From contig CALLPT010000177.1 of NCBI GenBank assembly GCA_938015575.1, positions 8,182 through 72,181 of the forward strand: DNA of 64,000 bases, read 5' to 3'. Each line of letters opens with the position of its first letter. The stretch's first letter is position 1. Of this stretch, positions 45,588 to 55,808 are shown piece by piece. The stretch is from an uncultured Acidimicrobiales bacterium (lineage in GTDB: Bacteria > Actinomycetota > Acidimicrobiia > Acidimicrobiales > UBA10347). The notes under the pieces are model-generated. The model was not told the origin of the DNA and made no database searches. It saw only the letters and a program-made list of their open reading frames with translations. Both the position numbers and the translations under genes were made by a program.

Positions 45588-47867
45588 GTGATGACCGACA
45601 CCGCTGCCAACGACACAAACGAATGGCACAAGAGCGTCTGCATTCTGTGCTCAGCCAACTGTGGCGTCGAGTTGAAGCTCGACGGTCGCGAGATCGTGCG
45701 CGTCCGCGGCAACAAGGCGCACGTCGCCAGCGAGGGTTACACCTGCGAAAAAGCGCTGCGCCTGAACCACTATCAGAACGGCATGCGGCGCCTCACCTCG
45801 CCGATGCGTCGCGAGGCCGATGGCAGCTACACCGAGGTGGACTGGGACACCGCAATCACCGAGGTCGCCGCGGGGCTTCAGGCGATCGGGGCCGAACACG
45901 GCCAAGACAAGCTCATGTACTACGGCGGCGGTGGCCAGGGGAACCATCTCGTCGGCGTCTACGGATCCGGTCTTCGCCGCGCGCTCGGCATCAAGCATCG
46001 GTCCAATGCGCTCGCGCAGGAGAAGACGGGCGAGGCCTATGTCGAAGGACGGTTGACGGGCGCACACACCCACGGCGACTTCCACCACGCCGAAGTCTCG
46101 ATCTTCTTAGGTAAGAACCCCTGGCACAGCCACGGCTTCGATCAGGCCCGCCGGGTCCTCAAAGAAATCAACAACGACGACAACCGCTCCATGATCGTGA
46201 TCGACCCGCGTCGTTCCGAGACGGCTGACCTCGCCGACTATCACTTGGCGCTCAAGCCCGGGACCGACGCGTTCTGCATTGCGGCGATCCTGGCGACGTT
46301 GGTGCAAGAGGACCTGATCAAACGAGCCTGGTTGAAGGAGCACGCCAACGGCACCGAACGCATCCTCGAGGTGCTGGCCGACATCGACATCGCCGACTAC
46401 GCCGGCCGAGCCGGCCTGACCGAAGATGACGTCCGAGCCGCCGCGCGCCGCATCGGGCGAGCCCAAAGCGTGTCGATCTACGAAGACCTGGGCATCGAGA
46501 TGGCGCCCAACTCGACCCTGGTGTCGTATCTCCAACGACTGATCTGGATCCTCATGGGTTCGTTCAACATTCCGGGCGGCACGACCACGCATTCGGGCAT
46601 GGCGCCACTGTTCAACTACAAGGCGACCGGCAGCGAACCCGCGGCACCGATCACCGGGAACATGGTCATCAGCGGTCTCGTGGCGTGCAATGACATTCCC
46701 GACATGGTGCTGACCGATCACCCGGACCGGATCCGCGCCATGTTCATCGAAAGCGCGAATCCGGTGCATTCGCTCGCGGACAGCGCCAAGTTCCGCGAGG
46801 CGATGCGTCACCTTGAATTCTCCGTCGTGCTCGACGTCGCCATGACCGAGACGGCCCGCGAGGCCAGCTACGTGCTCCCTTGTTCGTCTCAATATGAAAA
46901 GGCCGAGGCAACGTTCTTTGGCGCGAGCTTTCCGGACAACCACTTCACCGTGCGCGCACCGATCATGGAGCCGCTCGAGGGCACGCTTCCCGAGAGCGAG
47001 ATCCACAGCCGACTCTTGCGCGAGATGGGCATGCTCGACGACGACCTGCTGGACACCTTGCGGGCCGCGGCCCAAGACGGACTCAAGGCCTACGGGGCTG
47101 CGCTGATGGAAGCGGGGGCCGCACATCCGAACCTGTTGGCCATTGCCCCGGTGATTCTGTACGAGACACTCGGCAAGTCTCTGCCCGACGGGCTCGCCGA
47201 CGCCGCTCCGCTCTGGTTCTCCTGCCAACAGCTCGCGTTGCGATACACCAGCGCGGTCAAGGCGGCGGGCTTCGACGACATCGCCGACGAGGACCTCGGC
47301 GACGCCGTCTTCGAAGCAGTGATCGCCGGCCGCGATGGCGTCACCGTGACCCGCCATACCTATGAACAGGGATGGGCGATGATGGGCACCGCCGATGGCA
47401 AGGTCAATGCCGACATTCCCGAACTCATCGACGATCTCGTCGCGCTGGCCGACAAGCCCGCCGACTATCGCAGCGATGAGTTCCCGTTCATCCTTTCTGC
47501 GGGCGAACGTCGAGCCTTCACCGCCAACACGATCATGCGCGACTCGAGCTGGCGCAAGAAGGACCCCGACGGCGCACTGCGACTCAGCCCCGCCGATGCC
47601 GCCGCGCTCGGGGTCGACAACGGAGACAAGATCCGCATCACCACCAAGGGTGGTTCGGCGGTTGCCCCTGTCGAGGTCAACGACTCGATGCAGGACGGCC
47701 ACATCTCGATCCCGAATGGGATGGGCTTGTACGCCGAGGCCGACGGTGACAGCGAGGTCGTGGGCGTGCCCCCCAACGAGCTGACAACGCTCGACTGGAA
47801 AGACGCCTATGCGGGCACCCCGTGGCACAAGCACGTGCCTGCCAAGCTGGAACCCGTCGCGTCGTAG
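45588..47867 (+). CDS. molybdopterin (bis-MGD) oxidoreductase, formate-dehydrogenase-like MopB family
   Basis: N-terminal 4Fe-4S motif CILCSANCGV...C(EKA), internal MopB blocks and a C-terminal MGD-binding barrel (IRITTKGGSAVAPVEVNDSMQDGHISIPNG). Confidence 0.85.
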   Translation: MMTDTAANDTNEWHKSVCILCSANCGVELKLDGREIVRVRGNKAHVASEGYTCEKALRLNHYQNGMRRLTSPMRREADGSYTEVDWDTAITEVAAGLQAIGAEHGQDKLMYYGGGGQGNHLVGVYGSGLRRALGIKHRSNALAQEKTGEAYVEGRLTGAHTHGDFHHAEVSIFLGKNPWHSHGFDQARRVLKEINNDDNRSMIVIDPRRSETADLADYHLALKPGTDAFCIAAILATLVQEDLIKRAWLKEHANGTERILEVLADIDIADYAGRAGLTEDDVRAAARRIGRAQSVSIYEDLGIEMAPNSTLVSYLQRLIWILMGSFNIPGGTTTHSGMAPLFNYKATGSEPAAPITGNMVISGLVACNDIPDMVLTDHPDRIRAMFIESANPVHSLADSAKFREAMRHLEFSVVLDVAMTETAREASYVLPCSSQYEKAEATFFGASFPDNHFTVRAPIMEPLEGTLPESEIHSRLLREMGMLDDDLLDTLRAAAQDGLKAYGAALMEAGAAHPNLLAIAPVILYETLGKSLPDGLADAAPLWFSCQQLALRYTSAVKAAGFDDIADEDLGDAVFEAVIAGRDGVTVTRHTYEQGWAMMGTADGKVNADIPELIDDLVALADKPADYRSDEFPFILSAGERRAFTANTIMRDSSWRKKDPDGALRLSPADAAALGVDNGDKIRITTKGGSAVAPVEVNDSMQDGHISIPNGMGLYAEADGDSEVVGVPPNELTTLDWKDAYAGTPWHKHVPAKLEPVAS

Positions 47868-47981
47868 TCCCCGACCGATGAGCCGAAGACCACCGCCGGA
47901 CACCACCGTCCGTGGTCGCCGAAAGCACGCAGGGCAATCAGCCCATTCTCAGGCAGTGTCCGAGGCCCTACGATCGCAGTC

Positions 47982-50900
47982 ATGATCCGCCGGTTGCTCG
48001 CGCTCGTGCTTATCGCGGCGCTGCTTCCGTTGTTCATCGCCCGCCCGGCCCACGCGCAACTCCCGAACGGCGTCGTGATCAGCGAGATCCACTACCACCC
48101 TCAGGCGGTCGGCGACGCATTTCCCGACTACGACGACCGCGAGGACACCGAGTTCATCGAGGTCGTGAACCTTGGCGCCAGCGCCGCCTCGGTTGGCGGC
48201 TGGTGTCTCAGCGATGCGATCGACTTCTGTTTCCCGGCCGGAACAAGCCTCGCCCCTCAGGACCCCTTCGTCGTCGCCCGCGACGCGGCCATCTTCGAAG
48301 CTGCCTATGGAACAGCGCCCGACGGTGTGTACGGAGGCCGGCTTTCCAACAGTGGTGAGTCGGTACGTCTGGTCGATGGGGCGCTCAGCACCGTCACCCA
48401 GGTCATCTGGCAGACAACGAACCCGTGGCCGGTGACGCCCGACGGCGATGGGCCAAGCCTGGAACTGATCTCGGTTGGCGGCCAGAACACGAGCCCGGCG
48501 AACTGGGCCGCGTCGTCAGTTCTCAACGGCACGCCTGGCACGATCCCGAGCTTGTCGGGCCAGTCACCGCCGTTGGTGGTCTCTCACACCGCGCCTTCTC
48601 CGGCGGTTGCCGGATCGCCGATTTCACTCACCGCAACCGCGATCAACGCGTCGTCGGTCGCCGTCATCTACGACGTCGACTTTGGCGCGAACACCACCAT
48701 TGCCATGACCCAGAACGGCGGCCAATGGCAGGTGCAGCTTCCGGCGATCAGCACCGGTGAGCTCTTGCGGTTCCGCTTCGAGGCAACCGGACCGGGTGGC
48801 ACCACCACAAGCCCGCGCGTCGATGATTCGATCACCTGGTGGGCAACCGCCGTCCCGACCAACCCAGTGTCGAGCGTGCCGACCCTTGATGTGCACATCG
48901 CCGACAGCGACTGGAACGACATCGAGGACCGGACCTGCGGATGCATGGCCGTCGTGGTCCACGACGGCCGGGTCTGGACCGATGTCGAAATGCGACGCGC
49001 TGGCTACACCAGCATCAACAACGCCAAAGGGCACTACCGACTCGACTTCCCTGACGGGCATCCGTTCGTGGCATCGTGGCTCGTCGGTTCTTCTGACGAG
49101 CTGACCCTCGACATGGGCTGGCCCAACATCGGCATCATCCGTGAACAGCTCAGCTGGAACTTCATGGTCGATCTCGGGTTCCCACAGATCCAGAACCAGC
49201 ACGTGCGCATGAGCCGCAACGGCAGCTTCCACGGCCTGTACCTGCTGCGCGACGAACAAGACGGCGACTGGCGAGAGCGCAACGGGTTCGACAACGGCGC
49301 CTTTTACAAGTTCGAAAACGGTTTCGACAGCGCCGGTTGGGCAGGCGGCTGGGAGAAGAAAGAAGCACTCGACCAACCCGACACCGACCTCTCGACGTTC
49401 CGAACATGCCTGGACGAACGAGGTACGGCGCTGCGGAGCTGCCTGCTCGACCAGGCCGACGTGCCCCAGCTCGTGCACGAGTTGGCTTCGATGATGGTGA
49501 TTCGCCAGATCGATCAGCGAGAGTTCAACTGGTTCCTGTGGCGTAACGACAGCCAGGGCGGATTGTGGCGCTTGCTCCCCGAGGACCTGGACCGCACCTG
49601 GGGTAGTACACCCACCAACCCGGGTACCGATTCGTACCGCGTCTACGAGCGGTGCATGGGGCTCGACAACACGCCCGGCAACGAGGTCTGCCGCGGCGTG
49701 CTCTCGGTGCCCGAGTTCGAGGACATGTACAACCGGCGCATCCGCACACTCGTCGATGAGCACCTGAGCGACCCGAAATGGCCGGCCGAGGTTGCCGCGA
49801 CCGCGAGCTATATCACGGCCGACTGGAACGACGACGAAGACCGCTGGAACCGGACCTCGGCATCGATGGCAACGATCTCGTCTGAACTGCAGGGCTGGAT
49901 CTCGGACTATGCGGCTCACCTGCGCAGCGGCGGCCACGACGGCAAAGTGCCTGCGCAGCAGAGCGCAACACCGTCGATCAATGTGGTCGAGTTGCGCGCC
50001 GACCAGGGCGACGGCGTCACCTGGTTGCTCCTTCAGAACCCGTCGACGACCGAGTCGGTCGATGTCTCGGGCTGGGAATTCAACGGGCTCGCCACGATCA
50101 CCAACGGTGCCGTCATCCTTCCCGGCGCCACGATTGCGGTCACGAACAACATCGATGCGTTCCTGGTCGAGAACCCCGGCTTTACCGGCGTACGCGCGCA
50201 GCTCGATGGCACAGTTGCGGGCGAAACCCAGCTGCTGCGCCGCGACGGTTCCCTGGTCACCAGCCTGGGCGATCCAGCCCCGAACCCGCTCGTGCTCAAC
50301 GAGTGGAATGCGGTGAGCTCATCGAACATCCTGGCCGTGGCCGATCCCGCTTTTGGGCCGGTTGCCGGCAACGGCGGTGACTGGTTCGAACTCGTCGTGG
50401 TCGAAGACCGACTCGACATCCGAGGCTGGAAGCTCGTTCTGTCCGACAACGACGGAGCCGGACCGGCGGTGCGCGACGAGTTCGTGTTTACCAACGCGAC
50501 GGAGTTGGCCGAGCTCGAAAGCGGTCTGATCATCACGGTCAGCGAGGACCGGCCCGACGATCTCGACTACTCCCCCGTCGACGGTGATTGGCACATCAAC
50601 TTCCAGGCCAATGGCCTTGATGCGGGACAGTTCTTCACCGCTACATCCCAAGAGAACTTCGACACGAACCACCACGACTGGCAGCTCGCGATCTACGACG
50701 CGGCCGGGCAGCTTGTCTTCGGACCTGCGGGCGAGGGCATCGGCGATCTCACCGGCGTCAACAGTGCTGAGATCGGCGAACTCGAAACCGACCCCGGTCT
50801 CGGGGTGAATCGTCTCGTGGATTATGGCGACGGCGACGGGTCGACCTATGGCCAGGCGAATGTCACTGCGGGAACTGCGCAGGATTTCAGCGCGATTGCC

Positions 50901-51149
50901 TGGCCGTACCGCCGCGGCGACGTCAATTGCGACGCCAACATGGACATCGTCGACGCGCTCTTGATCGCCCAGGTGACGGTCGGCAACCGAAGCGATGTAC
51001 CTCGATGCCCGATCGCCAATGTCATCACCGAGGCCCATACCGGGGTCGGCGACCTGAACTTCGACGGACGCACTGACATCGTCGATGCGCTTCTGATCTC
51101 ACAGTGCGCTGTGGGGATTCGGGCCGCCGGCTTCTGCCCAGAACCGTGA
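47982..51149 (+). CDS. secreted multidomain protein: lamin-tail domain (LTD), Ig-like region, CotH kinase-like domain, two further LTDs, C-terminal dockerin
   Basis: Signal peptide ...FIARPAHA. LTD: VVISEIHYHP...EFIEVVNLG...GGWCLSD. CotH-like: HYRLDFPDGHPF...HVRMSRNGSFHGLYLLRDEQDGDW. LTDs: VVELRADQG...WLLLQNPS...VSGWEF and LVLNEWNAV...GDWFELVV...GWKLVLSDND. Dockerin repeats: GDVNCDANMDIVDALLIAQ and GDLNFDGRTDIVDALLISQ. Confidence 0.8.
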   Translation: MIRRLLALVLIAALLPLFIARPAHAQLPNGVVISEIHYHPQAVGDAFPDYDDREDTEFIEVVNLGASAASVGGWCLSDAIDFCFPAGTSLAPQDPFVVARDAAIFEAAYGTAPDGVYGGRLSNSGESVRLVDGALSTVTQVIWQTTNPWPVTPDGDGPSLELISVGGQNTSPANWAASSVLNGTPGTIPSLSGQSPPLVVSHTAPSPAVAGSPISLTATAINASSVAVIYDVDFGANTTIAMTQNGGQWQVQLPAISTGELLRFRFEATGPGGTTTSPRVDDSITWWATAVPTNPVSSVPTLDVHIADSDWNDIEDRTCGCMAVVVHDGRVWTDVEMRRAGYTSINNAKGHYRLDFPDGHPFVASWLVGSSDELTLDMGWPNIGIIREQLSWNFMVDLGFPQIQNQHVRMSRNGSFHGLYLLRDEQDGDWRERNGFDNGAFYKFENGFDSAGWAGGWEKKEALDQPDTDLSTFRTCLDERGTALRSCLLDQADVPQLVHELASMMVIRQIDQREFNWFLWRNDSQGGLWRLLPEDLDRTWGSTPTNPGTDSYRVYERCMGLDNTPGNEVCRGVLSVPEFEDMYNRRIRTLVDEHLSDPKWPAEVAATASYITADWNDDEDRWNRTSASMATISSELQGWISDYAAHLRSGGHDGKVPAQQSATPSINVVELRADQGDGVTWLLLQNPSTTESVDVSGWEFNGLATITNGAVILPGATIAVTNNIDAFLVENPGFTGVRAQLDGTVAGETQLLRRDGSLVTSLGDPAPNPLVLNEWNAVSSSNILAVADPAFGPVAGNGGDWFELVVVEDRLDIRGWKLVLSDNDGAGPAVRDEFVFTNATELAELESGLIITVSEDRPDDLDYSPVDGDWHINFQANGLDAGQFFTATSQENFDTNHHDWQLAIYDAAGQLVFGPAGEGIGDLTGVNSAEIGELETDPGLGVNRLVDYGDGDGSTYGQANVTAGTAQDFSAIAWPYRRGDVNCDANMDIVDALLIAQVTVGNRSDVPRCPIANVITEAHTGVGDLNFDGRTDIVDALLISQCAVGIRAAGFCPEP

Positions 51150-51949
51150 GCGACAAAACCGCAATCCGGGCGCTCGTCGTCGACGACACGATCGTGAACC
51201 GGACCGTATTGGTCTCGCAATTGCAGCGCTTCGGAATCGAAGCGGCCACGTGCACCAATGGCGCCGAGGCACTCGAAGCCCTGCACGCGGCCCTGGATGA
51301 CCCCGCGCCCTTCGACCTGGTGCTGATGGATTGGCACATGCCCGAGGTCGATGGACTCGAAGCACTCGTTCGACATCGCACCTACGCATTCGAACTCGGC
51401 ATCGAACCGACGCCGATCGTGATGGTGACCGCCGACGCGAGTGACGATGCGCGCCAACGGTGCCTCGAAGCCGGTGCGGCAGATTTTTTGGCCAAGCCCG
51501 TGAGTCTCGCCACGTTGCGAAGCTCCCTTGTGGATGTGCTCGGCGAGCCGCGCATGGGTCCAGACCCAGCGGCAGAGGCCACCGCAGCAAAAGCCGACGT
51601 TTCCCTCGTCAATCGACAAGTCATCGACCAGATGATCGAAGACCTCGGCGGAACCGATGCGGTTGCATTGGTCATTGACGCGTTCATCACCGACGCCGAC
51701 GAACGACTCGAGGCCGTCACCGCCGGCCAAGCTGGCGGTGCCACGACCGAGGCGCAACGAGCAAGCCACACGCTCAAATCGACGGCGGCGCTGCTCGGTG
51801 CAAACGAACTGTCGAGTGCGGCCAGGCGTTTCGAATCCCAATTCGACCTGAATGAACGCCCAAGCGATGACGAGCTGGCGGCCTTTACGTCACTGTTCCG
51901 CTCAACGTTGGTTGAGCTCCGTGCGATGCGAGCGTCTTTCGCCAACTAG
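51146..51949 (+). CDS. response-regulator receiver fused to an HPt phosphotransfer domain (REC-HPt)
   Basis: GTG 51146 forms a GTGA overlap with the CotH-protein stop. REC: ALVVDD...LVLMDWHMPEVDG...MVTADAS...FLAKP. HPt: AQRASHTLKSTAALLGANEL. Confidence 0.85.
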   Translation: MSDKTAIRALVVDDTIVNRTVLVSQLQRFGIEAATCTNGAEALEALHAALDDPAPFDLVLMDWHMPEVDGLEALVRHRTYAFELGIEPTPIVMVTADASDDARQRCLEAGAADFLAKPVSLATLRSSLVDVLGEPRMGPDPAAEATAAKADVSLVNRQVIDQMIEDLGGTDAVALVIDAFITDADERLEAVTAGQAGGATTEAQRASHTLKSTAALLGANELSSAARRFESQFDLNERPSDDELAAFTSLFRSTLVELRAMRASFAN

Positions 51950-52076
51950 GCAGCGTCGAATCTGACGACGTACGCGACGCTGAGGCAAACGGACTAGGTC
52001 GCGCAGCAGTTTGGGTAAATCCCTCAAATCGAAGACTGGGGTATCACATTGCCCGCTCGTGGGTCGATAGGCATGC

Positions 52077-53288
52077 GTGAAATCAGCGTTTGAGACACCT
52101 CGGCGGGTCGGCGTCATCACCGCCTTTCCCCCCGGCCGGAACAGCCTGAACGAATTCGGCTTCCATCTCGTCAGCCATCTGGCTCAGAACGAGGACCTCG
52201 ATCGGGTCGTCGTCTTCGCCGACGAGACCGACCAAGGCGCTCCGATGCAGATCGAGGGCACCGAGTCGGTGGTCAGTTGGAAGTTCAACTCACTCACGAA
52301 TCCGATCCGCCTTTACCGGGCAATTCGTCGCGCCCGAGTCGACGCGGTGATCGTCAACCTGCAGTTCGCCACGTTCGGCGACACGAAGATCGCCGGCGGC
52401 CTCGGCCTGCTCGTGCCGATGCTGCTGGCTAAGACCGGGATCCCGACCGGCGTGATCCTCCACAACCTCGTCGAGAACGTGGACATGGAAGACGCCGGCT
52501 TTGCCGACAACAAGTGGATTGCCCGGCTGATGAACTTCGCCGGCGAGACCCTGACTCGCACGATCCTGCAGGCTGACTATGTGGCGTTGACCATCCCTCG
52601 CTATGTCGAGCTGTTGCAAGAGAAGTACGCAGCGACCAACGCGTTGTTGACGCCCCACGGCAGCTTCGAGGAAATCACCGAGCCCAAGTTCGGCATGCCC
52701 GACGGACCTCGCAAGATCCTTGCGTTCGGCAAATTTGGCACCTACAAGACAGTCGACGTGTTGGTCGACGCCTACCGGCAGCTGCTCGAGCGTGGCTACG
52801 ACGACGTCGAACTTGTCATTGCCGGTACCGACAGCCCGAACTCGCCCGGTTACCTCGCAGGGGTCCAAGAGAACTGCAAGGACCTCCCGAACGTCGTGTT
52901 CACCGGCTACGTCGAAGAAGAAGATGTCGCCGGCCTCTTCGAGTCGGCTGCCGTAACCGCCTTTCCGTACACGAGCACGACCGGCTCATCGGGCGTCCTC
53001 CACCAGGCCGGCTCCTATGGCCGCGCTGCGGTGCTGCCCGCCATCGGTGACTTTGCCGAGGTCATCGAAGAAGAAGGATTCGTCGGCCTGTACTTCGAGC
53101 CCGCCAATGCGACCAGCCTCGCCGACGCACTGGCAAAGATGCTCGACGACGACGTGCTCGTCACCGAGCATGGCCGCCGGAACTTCCTTGCGTCCACGGG
53201 TATCCCCATGTCCGAGGTCATCGACTGGCACCTGCTGCACCTGGGTGTGGCGATGACCAGTCGCATCCAAACCACCCAAGCGGGTTGA
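52077..53288 (+). CDS. glycosyltransferase, GT4 (GT-B, Glycos_transf_1) family
   Basis: RVGVITAFPP...SLNEFG at the N-terminus. The C-terminal half has FTGYVEEEDV...FESAAVTAFPYTSTTGSSGVLHQAGSYGRAAV (E-x7-E-like region). Confidence 0.8.
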   Translation: MKSAFETPRRVGVITAFPPGRNSLNEFGFHLVSHLAQNEDLDRVVVFADETDQGAPMQIEGTESVVSWKFNSLTNPIRLYRAIRRARVDAVIVNLQFATFGDTKIAGGLGLLVPMLLAKTGIPTGVILHNLVENVDMEDAGFADNKWIARLMNFAGETLTRTILQADYVALTIPRYVELLQEKYAATNALLTPHGSFEEITEPKFGMPDGPRKILAFGKFGTYKTVDVLVDAYRQLLERGYDDVELVIAGTDSPNSPGYLAGVQENCKDLPNVVFTGYVEEEDVAGLFESAAVTAFPYTSTTGSSGVLHQAGSYGRAAVLPAIGDFAEVIEEEGFVGLYFEPANATSLADALAKMLDDDVLVTEHGRRNFLASTGIPMSEVIDWHLLHLGVAMTSRIQTTQAG

Positions 53289-53292
53289 TCCC

Positions 53293-54609
53293 GTGAGCAA
53301 CGTGCAGACCCCGGTGTCAGCCGCAGGTGACGAACCGTCGTCGACCGCGGCGGACAACAAAGCTCTTGTCGCTGGCGGCTCCGTACTTGCCCTTGCCATG
53401 TTTGCCGCAAACGGCGGCAACTATCTGCTCAACGTCTTTCTTGGCCGCTGGCTCACGCCACCCGAGTTCGCCGATGCCAACTTGATGGTCACCCTCATGT
53501 TGCTGGTCACTGCCATCGCCGTGAGCCTGCAGCTCATTGCCGCGCGCTTCGCCGGCATCCACGCGGTCTCCGGCACACAGGCCGACACCCGGGCCATGGC
53601 CAGGAGCCTCGAACGTTGGGCCGCGGTCGGAGGTGTCGGCTTTGCCCTGCTCCTCGGCCTCGGTGCCCCAATGTGGGCCGATCTGTTCAACGTCGAGTCG
53701 GCATGGCCATTCATCATCCTGGGCCTCGGCATGCCCGCCTATCTGGTTCAAGCCGTCGGCCGAGGTGTGCTCCAGGGCCAGCTCCAGTTCCGAGCGCTGG
53801 CCGGCACCTTCGTCAAAGAGATGCTGGTCCGAGTGGTGTTGGGCATTGGCCTGGTCGCGATCGGGTTCGGCGTCGTCGGGGCGACAGCCGCACTGACCGC
53901 GTCGTTCATCGCAACCTGGCTCGCGGTGAAGATGGCGCTCGATTGGTCCGGCGACGACAAGGTCCGGGCCCCCATCAGCCGCGAAGTGCTCGCCTATGCC
54001 GGCCCGGTCGGTGTGCTCCTGCTCGGGCAGATCATCATCAACAACGGCGACGTGCTCATCTCGAAACAGGGCCTTGAGCCGACTGAAGCAGGCATCTACG
54101 CCGCGGTCGCGCTCGTCGGTCGAGCCGTGTTCTTCCTCTCCTGGTCGGTGGCAACAACGATCTTCCCTGCGGCAGCCCAACGAGACGAAGCGGGCGAAGA
54201 ATCGAATGGATTGCTCTATGCCGGCCTCGCCGCCGTCGCCGTGCTCGGCGTATGCGCCGTCATCGGGGCGCGCCTGCTTGGCGGCACCGTGCTCGGTCGA
54301 GTGTTTGGCGAGGAATACGCCGGGGTCTCGAACCAGCTCGCGTTGTATGCGCTCGCTACTGCCGTCTTTGCGATGGCAAACCTCATCGTCTCGCACTACC
54401 TGGCGCTCGGCCACCTGCGAGAGGCGCTCATCATGCTTGCGGGCGGCGCGGTGCAAACCACCCTGCTGCTGCTGGCCGATCGCACCATTGACGATCTCAT
54501 CCGAGCGCAGGTCATCGCGATGTTCATTCTGTTCGCCGCCATCTTCGCCAGCCATGGAGCACGCACGCTCCGTCTTGCCCCACTCGTTCGAGGAGCAGCA
54601 CCATCATGA
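53293..54609 (+). CDS. MOP/Wzx-like polysaccharide or lipid-linked oligosaccharide flippase
   Basis: 438 aa, about 12-14 TM helices, positioned between two glycosyltransferase genes. 4-nt gap and overlaps on both sides. Confidence 0.65.
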   Translation: MSNVQTPVSAAGDEPSSTAADNKALVAGGSVLALAMFAANGGNYLLNVFLGRWLTPPEFADANLMVTLMLLVTAIAVSLQLIAARFAGIHAVSGTQADTRAMARSLERWAAVGGVGFALLLGLGAPMWADLFNVESAWPFIILGLGMPAYLVQAVGRGVLQGQLQFRALAGTFVKEMLVRVVLGIGLVAIGFGVVGATAALTASFIATWLAVKMALDWSGDDKVRAPISREVLAYAGPVGVLLLGQIIINNGDVLISKQGLEPTEAGIYAAVALVGRAVFFLSWSVATTIFPAAAQRDEAGEESNGLLYAGLAAVAVLGVCAVIGARLLGGTVLGRVFGEEYAGVSNQLALYALATAVFAMANLIVSHYLALGHLREALIMLAGGAVQTTLLLLADRTIDDLIRAQVIAMFILFAAIFASHGARTLRLAPLVRGAAPS

Positions 54610-55433
54610 TCTCCAGCGATCTTCCCGCGTACCGCGCCTGGGCAGACACACCCCTCACGGAGAGGCCGAAGTACTCGGTTGTCATCCCGGCCTATAACGA
54701 GTCGGAACGCATCTTGCCGACGATCGGCGCCATTGCCGTACACATGAGTTCTCTCGGAGAACCATGGGAGCTCATCGTCGCCGATGACGGTTCGACCGAT
54801 GAGACCGTCGAGCTGCTGCAAGGCCTTGGGCTGGCAAATCTCAAGGTGCTCGTCGCCCAGCAGAACGGTGGCAAGGGCAGTGCTGTCCGCCGCGGCATGT
54901 TCGCCGCCGAAGGCGATGTCCTTCTCTTTGCCGATGCCGACCAAAGCACGCCCATTGAGCAGTTCGCCGATCTCCTCAGTGCGATCGAATCCGGCCACGA
55001 CGTCGCGATTGGATCCCGAGCGGCCGAAGGCGCCGAGGTCACCAACAAGTCTCTGGTCCGCAAGATCTTTAGCAAGGGCTTGAACTTGCTCGTTCGCTAT
55101 GGGTTCGGCGTGCCATTCGCAGACACCCAATGCGGCTTCAAGATGTTCACCGCCGAGGCAGCCGAGATGTTGTTCACGCACCAGATCGTCGACCAGTTCT
55201 CGTTCGACCTCGAGATCCTGTACCTCGCACAAAACCGATTCGATCTGACCGTGGCCGAGGTTCCGGTCGAATGGATCGATGCGCCGGGATCGACGGTCGA
55301 CGCGACCAAGGTCGCCGTCGAGTTCCTTCGAGACATGGCCCACATCAAGTGGAACGACCTGCGCGGCCGCTATGCCAGCGCAAACCACGAGTGGCCCAAG
55401 CCAGCGTCGAGCACTGCGGCGCTGGCCTCGTAA
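54606..55433 (+). CDS. glycosyltransferase family 2, polyprenyl/dolichyl-phosphate hexosyltransferase-like
   Basis: YSVVIPAYNESERI, IVADDGSTDET, NGGKGSAVRRGM, FADADQSTP (DxD), DTQCGFKMF. Confidence 0.85.
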   Translation: MISSDLPAYRAWADTPLTERPKYSVVIPAYNESERILPTIGAIAVHMSSLGEPWELIVADDGSTDETVELLQGLGLANLKVLVAQQNGGKGSAVRRGMFAAEGDVLLFADADQSTPIEQFADLLSAIESGHDVAIGSRAAEGAEVTNKSLVRKIFSKGLNLLVRYGFGVPFADTQCGFKMFTAEAAEMLFTHQIVDQFSFDLEILYLAQNRFDLTVAEVPVEWIDAPGSTVDATKVAVEFLRDMAHIKWNDLRGRYASANHEWPKPASSTAALAS

Positions 55434-55481
55434 GCCCCTTCCGCCTCAGCCCCTGACCCGACCACCCAATCGAGGAATCCA

Positions 55482-55808
55482 ATGCGACTCGTAACCGAAG
55501 CACCCACAACCGAACAGCCAGCGCTGGTACTCGACGGTCGATTCGATGCATTCGAGACCGAAAAGTTCCGCGCCGCTTGTGACGAGCTACTGGCGCACGG
55601 CGCCAACAGCTTGTCGGTCGACCTGAGCGATGTCATCTTCATCGACTCATCAGGACTCGCCGAATTGGTCCGGGCGATGAAACACTGCCGCCAGAGCGGA
55701 GGCGAGCTCGTCATCGTCTCGCCGTCCGACCCGGTCCGGGTCATCTTCGAACTCACCCGCCTCGACGCAGCGTTCACGATTCAGGACGCAAGCGTCCAAG
55801 CATCCTGA
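55482..55808 (+). CDS. STAS-domain anti-sigma-factor-antagonist-like protein (copy 1)
   Basis: 108 aa. VIFIDSSGLAELV carries the conserved phosphorylatable Ser position (DSSGL). SD GAGGAA. Confidence 0.85.
   Translation: MRLVTEAPTTEQPALVLDGRFDAFETEKFRAACDELLAHGANSLSVDLSDVIFIDSSGLAELVRAMKHCRQSGGELVIVSPSDPVRVIFELTRLDAAFTIQDASVQAS

Noticed and set aside
46107-47906. 599-aa minus-strand ORF
   Set aside because: It is antisense to the molybdopterin oxidoreductase, whose translation carries clear family motifs. The antisense translation is low-information (G/R/V/D-rich).
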